Positions 8,742-17,020 of a stretch of DNA of 42,010 nucleotides are shown here, piece after piece. This stretch comes from an uncultured Bacteroidales bacterium. Lineage in GTDB: Bacteria > Bacteroidota > Bacteroidia > Bacteroidales > UBA12077. The position numbers and the translations under genes were made by a program. Under the pieces are notes generated by a model. That model was not told the origin of the DNA and did no database searches. It saw only the letters and a list, made by a program, of their open reading frames with translations. Location of the stretch: NCBI GenBank assembly GCA_964345495.1, contig CAYFRV010000001.1, positions 1 through 42,010 of the forward strand. Direction: 5' to 3'. Every line of letters starts with the position of its first letter. Within the stretch, counting starts at the first letter, position 1.

Positions 8742-9236
8742 ATGGACCGATCAATTTCTTATCTGACTTTTTATATTGATGACAAAGAATTTGCTCTACC
8801 TTCAGAGAAAATTCATTCGATTTTTGATGTCTCCAGTATCAAAGATATAGATTCTGAATTATATTTTATGAAAGGTGTTGCTCTAAAGGAAACCGGAGTA
8901 TTGCCTGTTGTTGATTTAGGTCGTGTATTAGGGGTTTCAGAGAATAGCCCATCGGAATCCTCCTCTGTTATTCTTGCAAGCCTTAATCTTTCCGGGAAGG
9001 TATTTAAGGTTGGACTGGTTGTTGATATGGTTACCTCCGTGTTAAGTATTAATAAGAAGTTAGTTGCCGACGCTGTTCAGAATAATTCTTCGTCTGTTCC
9101 AAAAGAAGTTGAAGCTGTTGTAACAGATAAATGTCAGAAAATTTATATCTTAAAAACTGAAAGTTTGTTCTCGGAAGATGATCTTTTAGACTTATATATT
9201 GAAGTAAAAAGGTTTTTAGGTATAGAATTGGATTAA
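8742..9236 (+). CDS. CheW-like domain protein (orphan).
   Basis: It aligns by eye with CheW: YLTFYIDDKEFALPSEKIHSI, MKGVALKETGVLPVVDLGRVLG, VGLVVDMVTSVLSI and IYILKTESLF. I prefer the ATG at 8742 over the TTG at 8736. Confidence 0.7.
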   Translation: MDRSISYLTFYIDDKEFALPSEKIHSIFDVSSIKDIDSELYFMKGVALKETGVLPVVDLGRVLGVSENSPSESSSVILASLNLSGKVFKVGLVVDMVTSVLSINKKLVADAVQNNSSSVPKEVEAVVTDKCQKIYILKTESLFSEDDLLDLYIEVKRFLGIELD

Positions 9237-9252
9237 TGTTCTGTTTTGTTTT

Positions 9253-9309
9253 GGCACATTCAGTAAAATTTAAAACTTTACTTTTACTTCTGAATTTGCC
9301 TGTTTTTTC
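9253..9309 (+). terminator. Miniature copy of the element termini that forms a hairpin plus T-tract directly after the CheW-like gene.
   Basis: GGCACATTCAGTAAAA (9253-9268) pairs imperfectly with TTTTACTTCTGAATTTGCC (9282-9300). TGTTTTTTC follows. Confidence 0.5.
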
Positions 9310-9477
9310 TATGTTATAAAGCAATTATTATTTCCTGTTATTTAGTTGTCCTGCATTTGCTGTAAACTTCTTTTCAAAAAAAAGAAGAAATTCTTATGAT
9401 TTTGCTAATTTCCTGTTATTATTTTTTAACTTAGTGTATTAACCCTTAAAGGGTAATTTTGGGTTTATTGGTTTATT

Positions 9478-9516
9478 AATATGGGCAGGAAATTTTTCTG
9501 CCCATATTTTAATTTA
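9478..9516 (+). terminator. Intrinsic-terminator-like hairpin in a gene-free region.
   Basis: The stem is ATATGGGCAG (9479-9488)/CTGCCCATAT (9498-9507), 10 bp and perfect, with a 9-nt loop. TTTTAATTT follows. Confidence 0.6.
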
Positions 9517-9723
9517 ATAAGTTAACACCAAATACTTTTCTCCATCTAATTGGTGGTTCTAAGAAAACGCATCATTGGCCTGCCCGCTGCACTTTTTCCG
9601 ATAGCTATCGGAATTTCCCTAAAGGAAGGCTAACCCACTAAAAAACAGTCGATTAGTTTCCAGTAAAATAAAATGTAAGCAGGTTTATTTTCTGTTTAAA
9701 GGGAGTTGCTTAAAGACAGTAAT

Positions 9724-9745
9724 TAGGAAAATTCAAAAGCAGAGG
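9724..9745. repeat. Solo terminus of the element family.
   Basis: TA|GGAAAATTCAAAAGCAGAGG matches the terminus consensus. It lies 30 nt from the yaaA stop codon. Confidence 0.45.
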
Positions 9746-9774
9746 TATATTGAAAAAAAACGAGGTTGTAAAAT

Positions 9775-10539
9775 TTAGCGCGTAAAAATCCATTCATTTT
9801 TTGAAGAGAGTTCATCATTAAAAACATATCCATCTTCTTCAAATGTTTTTAATACTTCCGGGTTGTTGATTTTTTCTTTAATAATGAATCGTGTCATTGC
9901 ACCTCTTGCCTTTTTAGCGTAAACAGCTATGGTCTTGTATTCGTTCTTCTTCTTTTCTTTAAAAACGGGAGTGATGATATCCCCTTTGATTGAACTTGGC
10001 TTAATCGCCTTGAAATATTCCTGAGAAGCCAGATTGATAAGGGTGGAATTTTTTTGATCTTGTAAGGCAGCATTTATATTTTCGTTAATTTTATTTTCCC
10101 AGAATTCATATAAATTGTTACCCCTTTTATTTTTTAAATGTGTGCCCATTTCTAATCTATAGGGTTGTATTAGGTCTAATGGGCGGAGAATGCCATATAA
10201 TCCGGATAGAATTCTTAGATGCTTCTGGGCAAACCCCAGGTCTTTTTCATATAATGATTTGGAATCTAGCCTTTTATAAACATGTCCATTAAACATGAAA
10301 ATTGCTTGTTGCGCATTTTCTTTTGAGACATTTGGTGTCCAGCGCATAAATCTTTCATAGTTCAATTCTGCAATATCCCTGCTTACACTCATAAGCTCTT
10401 CAATATCCTGTGGGCCTAATTGCCTCAGTTCATCGATGAGTACTTTGGCATCATTAAGGAAATCGGGAATTGTATGCTGATTGGTAATTAACCGGGAAGT
10501 TTGTTCAAGTTTTTTTGCAGGTGAAATAATTGTAATCAT
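9775..10539 (-). CDS. yaaA: Peroxide stress protein YaaA (DUF328/UPF0246).
   Basis: 254 aa. It has the characteristic N-terminus MITIISPAKKL and a YaaA-like length. Confidence 0.85.
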   Translation of the reverse strand: MITIISPAKKLEQTSRLITNQHTIPDFLNDAKVLIDELRQLGPQDIEELMSVSRDIAELNYERFMRWTPNVSKENAQQAIFMFNGHVYKRLDSKSLYEKDLGFAQKHLRILSGLYGILRPLDLIQPYRLEMGTHLKNKRGNNLYEFWENKINENINAALQDQKNSTLINLASQEYFKAIKPSSIKGDIITPVFKEKKKNEYKTIAVYAKKARGAMTRFIIKEKINNPEVLKTFEEDGYVFNDELSSKNEWIFTR

Positions 10540-10695
10540 AGCGTATATTTATTAGATATACAATTATGAAAAAGATTTGTTCTAACCTAATTTATTCGAA
10601 AAATAAGTTAAAATTTTGGCCTGTTTTTGTTTAGAACCATTAATCGATTTTTTCTGAGCTTTATTTCTTTTTCATGAAAGGCGCAGCACTTGAGT

Positions 10696-11271
10696 TCAAA
10701 GGTTTAATATAATGTCATCTATTTTTCTTTTAGGCACATGATGCACCATATTATCATCTCTCCAGTATTTTATATCCTCCTCCGTGTCAATTTCATTAAT
10801 GACGACAGTTTCCCTTGGTTTTCCTAATGCAATAACTAACATAATTTCATAATGATTTTCAATTGAAAATTCTTCCCGTAGCGTTTTTTTATCAATTGAT
10901 GCAATAAGACAACCTCCAAATCCTTTTTCGATGGCTCCTAACAGTATGCTTTGAGCAGCTATGCCATGATCACAGGAGATGTTTTTTTCAATTCTGTTGT
11001 CACCAAGCATGATAATGTATGCAGAAGGTTTTTCTCCTTCCGCAGGACCTTCCCAATTTTTTAGGTATCCTGCCCAGCTTAAGCAGTTGAAAATTTTTTC
11101 GTTTGTCTCATATTCATTGGATATGAGGTATTTTAAAGGTTGTAGGTTTTTTGCTGAAGGGGATAATCGGGCAAGATTTATGAAGTACTTTAAGTTTCCT
11201 GTTGCTATATAAAAATCTTGATAAAATCTTCTGTAACTTCTGTTTTGTCTGATCAACTGTTCTAGTAGCAT
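10696..11271 (-). CDS. Nitroreductase family protein.
   Basis: 191 aa. Motifs seen are NRSYRRF and SPSAKNLQP, and the size fits an FMN nitroreductase fold. Confidence 0.8.
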   Translation of the reverse strand: MLLEQLIRQNRSYRRFYQDFYIATGNLKYFINLARLSPSAKNLQPLKYLISNEYETNEKIFNCLSWAGYLKNWEGPAEGEKPSAYIIMLGDNRIEKNISCDHGIAAQSILLGAIEKGFGGCLIASIDKKTLREEFSIENHYEIMLVIALGKPRETVVINEIDTEEDIKYWRDDNMVHHVPKRKIDDIILNL

Positions 11272-11406
11272 AGGATTATTTTAAGTGGTAAAAAACTATT
11301 TTATTTGTTACCCCTAAAAATAATCTGTTTAATTTAGATTTCCAATATTTTCTAAATGAACCTGTTTGAAAAATCTTTGGCTCTGGAAACTCTGGATATT
11401 TATGCA

Positions 11407-11447
11407 CAAACAGGACGCATTTTTTTGATATCGATACGTCCTGTTTG
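11407..11447 (-). terminator. Strong hairpin downstream of the SOD gene.
   Basis: The stem is CAAACAGGACG (11407-11417)/CGTCCTGTTTG (11437-11447), 11 bp and perfect. There is no clear U-tract on the minus strand. Confidence 0.5.
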
Positions 11448-11474
11448 CTGAAATAGAGTCTTGTAAGTGCTATA

Positions 11475-12083
11475 CTATTCTTTAAATCTTTTTACAACTT
11501 CGTCCCAGTTGACTACATTCCAGAATGCATCAATATAATCTGCTCTTTTGTTTTGGTATTTCAGGTAATAGGCATGTTCCCAAACATCAATTCCCATAAG
11601 AATTTTTTTAGCCTTGCAGCATCCTGGCAGATCCATTATTGGATTATCCTGGTTGGGTGTGGAGCAGATAGACAATCTTCCGTCTTCTGCTATAATGAGC
11701 CATGCCCATCCTGAGCCAAATTGGCCGGTTGCTGCCTTTTTAAACTCATTCTTGAAATCTTCAAAAGAGCCAAAGTCTCTTTCAATGGCTTCTTTGAGTT
11801 CACCGGTAGGCTCTCCGCCTCCGTTTGGCGACATAATTTTCCAATAGATATTGTGGTTATAATAACCGCCACCATGATTTCTTACGGCAACCGGGTATTT
11901 GGACACATTCTGAAGCAGTTCTTCTATAGATCTATTTTCAAGCTCCGTACCTTCAATTGCTGCATTTAACTTATTTGTATAGCCGGCGTGGTGCTTATCA
12001 TGATGCAATTCCATAGTTTCCTTATCAATATAAGGTTCAAGTGCATCATATGCGTAAGGTAGATTTTCTAATTTAAAAGCCAT
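11475..12083 (-). CDS. Fe/Mn-family superoxide dismutase.
   Basis: 202 aa. Motifs seen are [32 protein letters not shown] and DVWEHAYY. Confidence 0.93.
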   Translation of the reverse strand: MAFKLENLPYAYDALEPYIDKETMELHHDKHHAGYTNKLNAAIEGTELENRSIEELLQNVSKYPVAVRNHGGGYYNHNIYWKIMSPNGGGEPTGELKEAIERDFGSFEDFKNEFKKAATGQFGSGWAWLIIAEDGRLSICSTPNQDNPIMDLPGCCKAKKILMGIDVWEHAYYLKYQNKRADYIDAFWNVVNWDEVVKRFKE

Positions 12084-12218
12084 AATTATTTAATTTTTTA
12101 GAGTTAAACATTATTTTTATTTTGTCTAAATAAACATATTTGTTCTTCAACAATGAAGAGATACAATTGTTTGAAAAAAAATCATTTCATTACATTCGCA
12201 TCTTAAAAACCGGTAGTT

Positions 12219-13526
12219 GTGAATAGGAGAATATTAAACCTGGCTGTTCCGAATATTATCAGCAATGTTACTGTTCCTCTTTTAAGTATGGTGGACATTT
12301 CACTGGTGGGGCATCTTGATGAGAATTCTAAGCTGCATATTGGTGCCATTTCTTTAGGAACGATGATATTCAATTTTATTTATTGGGGGTTTAGTTTTTT
12401 AAGAATGGGAACAAGCGGTTTTGCTGCACAGGCTTTTGGCCGGTATGATTATCGGGAAACTATGCTGGTTTTATCCAGAGCTGTATCTGTTGCGATAGGA
12501 GGGGCAGTTTTATTGATCATATTGCAATATCCTATTGCTAAGATTGGATTTTATCTTCTGAATGGTTCTAAAGAAGTTGAAGCTTTAGCCCGGGAATATT
12601 TTTTTATTAGAATATGGGCGGCTCCTGCCACTATTGGGTTATATGCATTAACCGGCTGGTTTATCGGAATGCAAAATGCACGTATCCCTATGGCTATTGC
12701 GATAACAGTCAATCTCTTAAATATTGGGTTTAATTATACGTTTATTAACTATTTTGGAATGGCTTCCGATGGAGTTGCTTTAGGAACAGTTATAGCGCAA
12801 TATTGTGGTTTTATTTTAGCTCTTTTCATCTTTTTTAAACGACACAGTGATTTGCTGAAATACTGGAGTTACAAGGCTATGCTTGAATTAAAAGCGCTCA
12901 AACTCTTTTTCGCGGTGAACAAAAATATTTTCATTCGTACAATGTGCCTGATTTTTGTGATGACATTTTTTACTTCCCAATCTGCAGACATAGGAGATAC
13001 TACATTGGCAGTGAATTCTGTGTTATTACAGTTCTTTATGTTTTTTTCCTTTGTGATGGATGGATTCGCTTATGCTGCCGAAGCTTTAACCGGCAGATTT
13101 TTTGGCGAGCAGTCGAAGGCTAAATTAATAAAAACGGTCAAATTGTTATTTTTATGGGGTATTGGATTTGCTTCTTTGTTTACCTTGATTTATATTTTTC
13201 TTGGGGATCGCATTTTGTATCTTTTGACGGATAATACGGAAGTCCTGAAACGAAGTGAAGATTTTGTTTATTGGGTATGGGGCATTCCTTTAATTACTTT
13301 TACGGCATTCCTGTGGGATGGCATTTTTATTGGAGCAACCGCTTCCAAAAGCATGAGGAATGCCATGTTGCTTTCTACCTTAGTCTTCTTTATTCCCGTT
13401 TATTATTTGCTTATCGGTCCGATGGGAAATCATGGTTTATGGCTGGCTTTTCTGTTGTTTCAGTTGAGCAGGGGTGCTATTCAGACTTTACAATCTTCTG
13501 GAGCAATATTTAAAAAATTGAATTAA
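12219..13526 (+). CDS. MATE family efflux transporter.
   Basis: 435 aa with about 12 TM helices. The N-terminus has a typical MATE signature (ILNLAVPNIISNVTVPLLSMVDISLVGHL). A GTG start is required to keep that signature. Confidence 0.85.
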   Translation: MNRRILNLAVPNIISNVTVPLLSMVDISLVGHLDENSKLHIGAISLGTMIFNFIYWGFSFLRMGTSGFAAQAFGRYDYRETMLVLSRAVSVAIGGAVLLIILQYPIAKIGFYLLNGSKEVEALAREYFFIRIWAAPATIGLYALTGWFIGMQNARIPMAIAITVNLLNIGFNYTFINYFGMASDGVALGTVIAQYCGFILALFIFFKRHSDLLKYWSYKAMLELKALKLFFAVNKNIFIRTMCLIFVMTFFTSQSADIGDTTLAVNSVLLQFFMFFSFVMDGFAYAAEALTGRFFGEQSKAKLIKTVKLLFLWGIGFASLFTLIYIFLGDRILYLLTDNTEVLKRSEDFVYWVWGIPLITFTAFLWDGIFIGATASKSMRNAMLLSTLVFFIPVYYLLIGPMGNHGLWLAFLLFQLSRGAIQTLQSSGAIFKKLN

Positions 13527-13571
13527 TTTTGTATCTTTATATTTAGATATGTTGTTTTAAAATTTATAACT

Positions 13572-13847
13572 ATGAAGATAACAAAAGACATTTCCATCGA
13601 AGAATTGGTTGATAATGTACCACAAGCGGTTAAATATCTTATGCATGAAGGGATAAAGTGCATAGCTTGCGGTGAGCCCATTTGGGGAACACTGGAAGAA
13701 GCCGCAAAGGAAAAGGGGTACACGGATCAGGATATTGAAAGATTTGTGGCTGATCTTCAGTATTTTGCTGATAATCCGTCAAAAGAAGTTCCACAACCCG
13801 GGTCACAAATTAACGTGAAAAAGATTAAAGGGGATTCTGATGACTGA
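13572..13847 (+). CDS. DUF1858 domain protein (hybrid-cluster-protein-associated redox disulfide domain).
   Basis: 91 aa. The key segment reads IKCIACGEPIWGTLEEAAKEKG. Confidence 0.7.
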   Translation: MKITKDISIEELVDNVPQAVKYLMHEGIKCIACGEPIWGTLEEAAKEKGYTDQDIERFVADLQYFADNPSKEVPQPGSQINVKKIKGDSDD

Positions 13848-14122
13848 AATCAAAATACTTATATAACACAATTGTACTTAACCGAAAATGAGGTGATTGG
13901 TTGTTAAGTATTGGCCTCTGTGCTTTTTTTAACAAGCGTTTGATATTAATTTTGTTTTTTGGTTTTACTGAAATCATTGTGTGATATACAGAACTTTTTG
14001 ATTAACTTTTTCATAACACTTATGCTTTTTTCTGGTTAATGTTTGAAAATCCATAAAAATATACTATTTTGGCTATTTATTGTCAGAATATTAGCTGATA
14101 TGTCATTTAAGGTACGGTATTT

Positions 14123-15265
14123 ATGGAAATAAAGACAATCAAAGGACATTTTTTTACAGAGTTTGAACAAGCCTTGTCTTTAGCCTTGTATAAAAATTTT
14201 AAACCTAATTTTGCCTTGGTTTTTTGTTCGGTATCCCAAAATTTGAACCAGATTAGTAAATTATTTCATGATAATGGCATTGAATTTTTGGGTGCGACCA
14301 CAGCAGGTGAGATATTTGAGACAGAAGTTGATGAAAAATCGATTACGGCAATGCTTTTTAAGTTGCCCCCCCGCGCTTACAGCATGGTCTACCATGATCG
14401 GATAAATACCAAAGAAACTTTGCGTGAAGTTGGTTATGGAATTGGAAAAAAAGCTTTAAATAAATATAATAATCCTTCAGTTATTGTTCTCTCAGGTGGT
14501 ATGAGAGCCAATGGCGAAGAACTTGTTAATGGATTACTTGATTCTAATGTACCAGGGAATAGTATTTTTGGAGCTTTAGCCGGCGATGATTTAAAGATGC
14601 AGGACACCTATGTTTTTTCTGATGAAGGGATAACAAGCAATGGAGTAGCGTCGCTTATTTTAGATGGTGATAAAATTATTGCTTCGGGTGTTGCTACAAG
14701 CGGATGGGAGTCAATAGGAACAGAAAAAGTGATTACTAAGTCAAAAGGAAATGTAGTGTATGGAATTGATAATGCACCGGCTATAGACGTATTCCTTAAA
14801 TATTTTGATAAGTCAAAAGAGCGGTTAGTTGAGAATGATCTTGTTGTTAATGAGTTGGCCCAGTATCCGCTGCATGTTATGCGTGAAAACAATTATAGAG
14901 TGCTTAGAGCTCCATTATTGGCAGATCAGGAGAGGGGAGCTTTAGTTTTTTCCGGGACAGTGGAACAGGGGGCACGTATAAAATTTTCAATACCGCCGGG
15001 TTTTGAAACAATTGAGTCTACTTTACAAGATATTATAAATATGAAAGATAGTGTGCCTGAGGCAGATGCATTAATTATGTTTTCGTGTAAAGCAAGGCAT
15101 CAGGCTTTGGGTCCGCTTGTTGAGGAGGAGATAGAGAGTATTAAGAATACATGGAATGCTCCACTGATTGGTTTTTTCTCTTATGGAGAGATTGGTTCTA
15201 CGAATAGTCATACTTGTGACTTTCATAACGAAACCATCTCTCTTGTTGTATTAAAAGAATTATAG
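14123..15265 (+). CDS. FIST (FIST_N + FIST_C) sensory domain protein.
   Basis: 380 aa. Segments seen are FALVFCS...LGATTAGEI, SGVATSGWESIG and the C-terminal FSCKARHQALG...GFFSYGEIG. Confidence 0.8.
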   Translation: MEIKTIKGHFFTEFEQALSLALYKNFKPNFALVFCSVSQNLNQISKLFHDNGIEFLGATTAGEIFETEVDEKSITAMLFKLPPRAYSMVYHDRINTKETLREVGYGIGKKALNKYNNPSVIVLSGGMRANGEELVNGLLDSNVPGNSIFGALAGDDLKMQDTYVFSDEGITSNGVASLILDGDKIIASGVATSGWESIGTEKVITKSKGNVVYGIDNAPAIDVFLKYFDKSKERLVENDLVVNELAQYPLHVMRENNYRVLRAPLLADQERGALVFSGTVEQGARIKFSIPPGFETIESTLQDIINMKDSVPEADALIMFSCKARHQALGPLVEEEIESIKNTWNAPLIGFFSYGEIGSTNSHTCDFHNETISLVVLKEL

Positions 15266-15269
15266 TTCT

Positions 15270-16727
15270 ATGTTAAATGAACTGGTAGAGTTAAAAAAGG
15301 GTATAGATCAACTCGATATATCAGAAGACCAGAAAAAGGATTTGCAGGGAAAGCTGTCAAAAGTTACCAAATCATACTCCCTGATGGAATTCAAGCTGGA
15401 CCGCACCATTAAGGATAAGAAAGCTGTTTCTAGTGTTTTGAGTAAGACCATAGAAGAGATTGAGAAATTGTCTATGGTGGTAAAAGAAACCGACAATGCT
15501 GTTGCCGTATTTGATTCCAATGCTGATTTAGAATGGGTAAATGATGGCTTCGTTAAGCTTTTTGGCTATACAATGTCTGAATATATTGAAGTAAATGGCT
15601 CTTCTAAAATCTGGGAGATGAGCTCTAACAATAATATTCGTGACACACTGAAAAATGTGATTAATCAAAAGAAAACTTTGGAATACGAAACCATTAACTA
15701 CTCAAAAGATGGAAGAAAGTTTTGGGTTCATACTACATTAACTCCCATTTTTGATAACAATAATCATCTGAAGCGTATTATCATCATCGATTCGGATATT
15801 ACCAAAACAAAGGAAGCAGAGCATGAGCTTGAGCGACAACGAAATATAGCTATTCAACAGCAGCGGGAGATTATAGATAAAAACCATGAACTAGAACAGC
15901 AAACCGAAGAAATTTTATCTCAAAGAGATCGGATCGAAGATCAAAAGGATTTACTTGAAGTAAAAAATAAGGAGCTCACTGAGAGTATTCAGTATGCTGA
16001 ACATATCCAGTCTGCTATTCTGCCACCATCGGAAATGATAAAAGAGATTTTGCCGGAGTCTTTTATTTTCTTTAAACCTAAAGATTTGTTAAGTGGTGAT
16101 ATTTATTGGATTGAATCATATAATGGATTAAAATATTTTGCAGCTATTGACTGTACAGGCCATGGAATCCCGGGTGCTTTAATCAGTATTTTTGTTTATA
16201 ATCTTCTTAATCAGGCACTTAAAATCCATAAGTTGTCAGAACCCGCAAGTATCATTGAATATGTAAATAATGAAGTTTATCAGGCCTTGACGCGTCATAA
16301 AAAGAAAAAACGAATTGGTTTCGGGATGGATCTGACAATGTGTGCTTATGATCCGGATACCAACCGATTGTATTATTCAGGAGTTTTTAACCCGATGTAT
16401 CTTATCAGAGATGGGGAAATAATACATTGTCCCATGAATGAAGAAGCTCTGGATTATGAGGGAGGGGTTTTCCAGTTTAAATGCAAAAATAATTTTATAG
16501 ATACACAAAAAGGCGATATAATCTATTTGTTTTCTGATGGTTTCCCGGATCAATTTGGTGAGGAAAAAAACAAAAAGTTTAAACGAGCCCCATTCAGAAA
16601 GCTGCTTTTGGATAATCATCAAAAACCGATGGAGGAACAGAAAGCCGTTTTAGAAAAAAGTCTGAATGAATGGAAAGGTTCTTTACCTCAAACCGACGAT
16701 ATCCTTGTGATGGGAGTGCGGTTTTAA
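15270..16727 (+). CDS. PAS domain, coiled coil and SpoIIE/PP2C-family phosphatase.
   Basis: 485 aa. The PAS segment reads VAVFDSNADLEWVNDGFVKLFGY. A Q/E-rich coiled coil follows. The PP2C motifs are SGDIYWIE, IDCTGHGIPGA, LFSDGFPDQFG and DDILVMGVRF. Confidence 0.85.
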   Translation: MLNELVELKKGIDQLDISEDQKKDLQGKLSKVTKSYSLMEFKLDRTIKDKKAVSSVLSKTIEEIEKLSMVVKETDNAVAVFDSNADLEWVNDGFVKLFGYTMSEYIEVNGSSKIWEMSSNNNIRDTLKNVINQKKTLEYETINYSKDGRKFWVHTTLTPIFDNNNHLKRIIIIDSDITKTKEAEHELERQRNIAIQQQREIIDKNHELEQQTEEILSQRDRIEDQKDLLEVKNKELTESIQYAEHIQSAILPPSEMIKEILPESFIFFKPKDLLSGDIYWIESYNGLKYFAAIDCTGHGIPGALISIFVYNLLNQALKIHKLSEPASIIEYVNNEVYQALTRHKKKKRIGFGMDLTMCAYDPDTNRLYYSGVFNPMYLIRDGEIIHCPMNEEALDYEGGVFQFKCKNNFIDTQKGDIIYLFSDGFPDQFGEEKNKKFKRAPFRKLLLDNHQKPMEEQKAVLEKSLNEWKGSLPQTDDILVMGVRF

Positions 16728-16748
16728 TCAGGCACTTTCAGGAATATT

Positions 16749-17020
16749 TAGACAAATTCAGAAGTAGAGGAAAAAATTATAATTAGCATCAGTTTTTTAA
16801 TTAGCAGTAAGCTATTGGCTATTAGCAAAAAAACTAGTAGTCGACTAAACAAGAAAACTTCTAAACAATTAAAGTTTTTTTCTTCTGAATGCGTCTATTT
16901 AAAATTATTAATTCATCCTTTATATGCCGTATATCGCTGCTTAGTGCCTACTGCCTACTGCTGACTCATTAGAAAACTGATGGCAATTTTCAAATTTACC
17001 GCTGCATCTGAATCTGCCTA
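16749..17020. repeat. Complete composite copy of the MITE-like palindromic element between convergent genes.
   Basis: The left end is TA|GACAAATTCAGAAGTAGAGG (16749-16770). There is an internal terminus CTTCTGAATGCGTC|TA (16882-16897). The right end is CCGCTGCATCTGAATCTGCC|TA (16999-17020). The 35-nt heads are inverted, as are the low-complexity arms. Confidence 0.7.

Noticed and set aside
9049-9324. A 91-aa minus-strand ORF spanning the CheW-like 3' end and the hairpin.
   Set aside because: It overlaps the CheW-like coding region antisense and runs through the repeat hairpin. It has no recognisable features.
9775-12083. yaaA, nitroreductase and SOD as a dedicated novel oxidative-stress island.
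   Set aside because: The three are common housekeeping stress genes. They are separated by 150-200-bp gaps, and a terminator hairpin lies between SOD and the nitroreductase gene. There is no evidence of a single unit or of horizontal acquisition.
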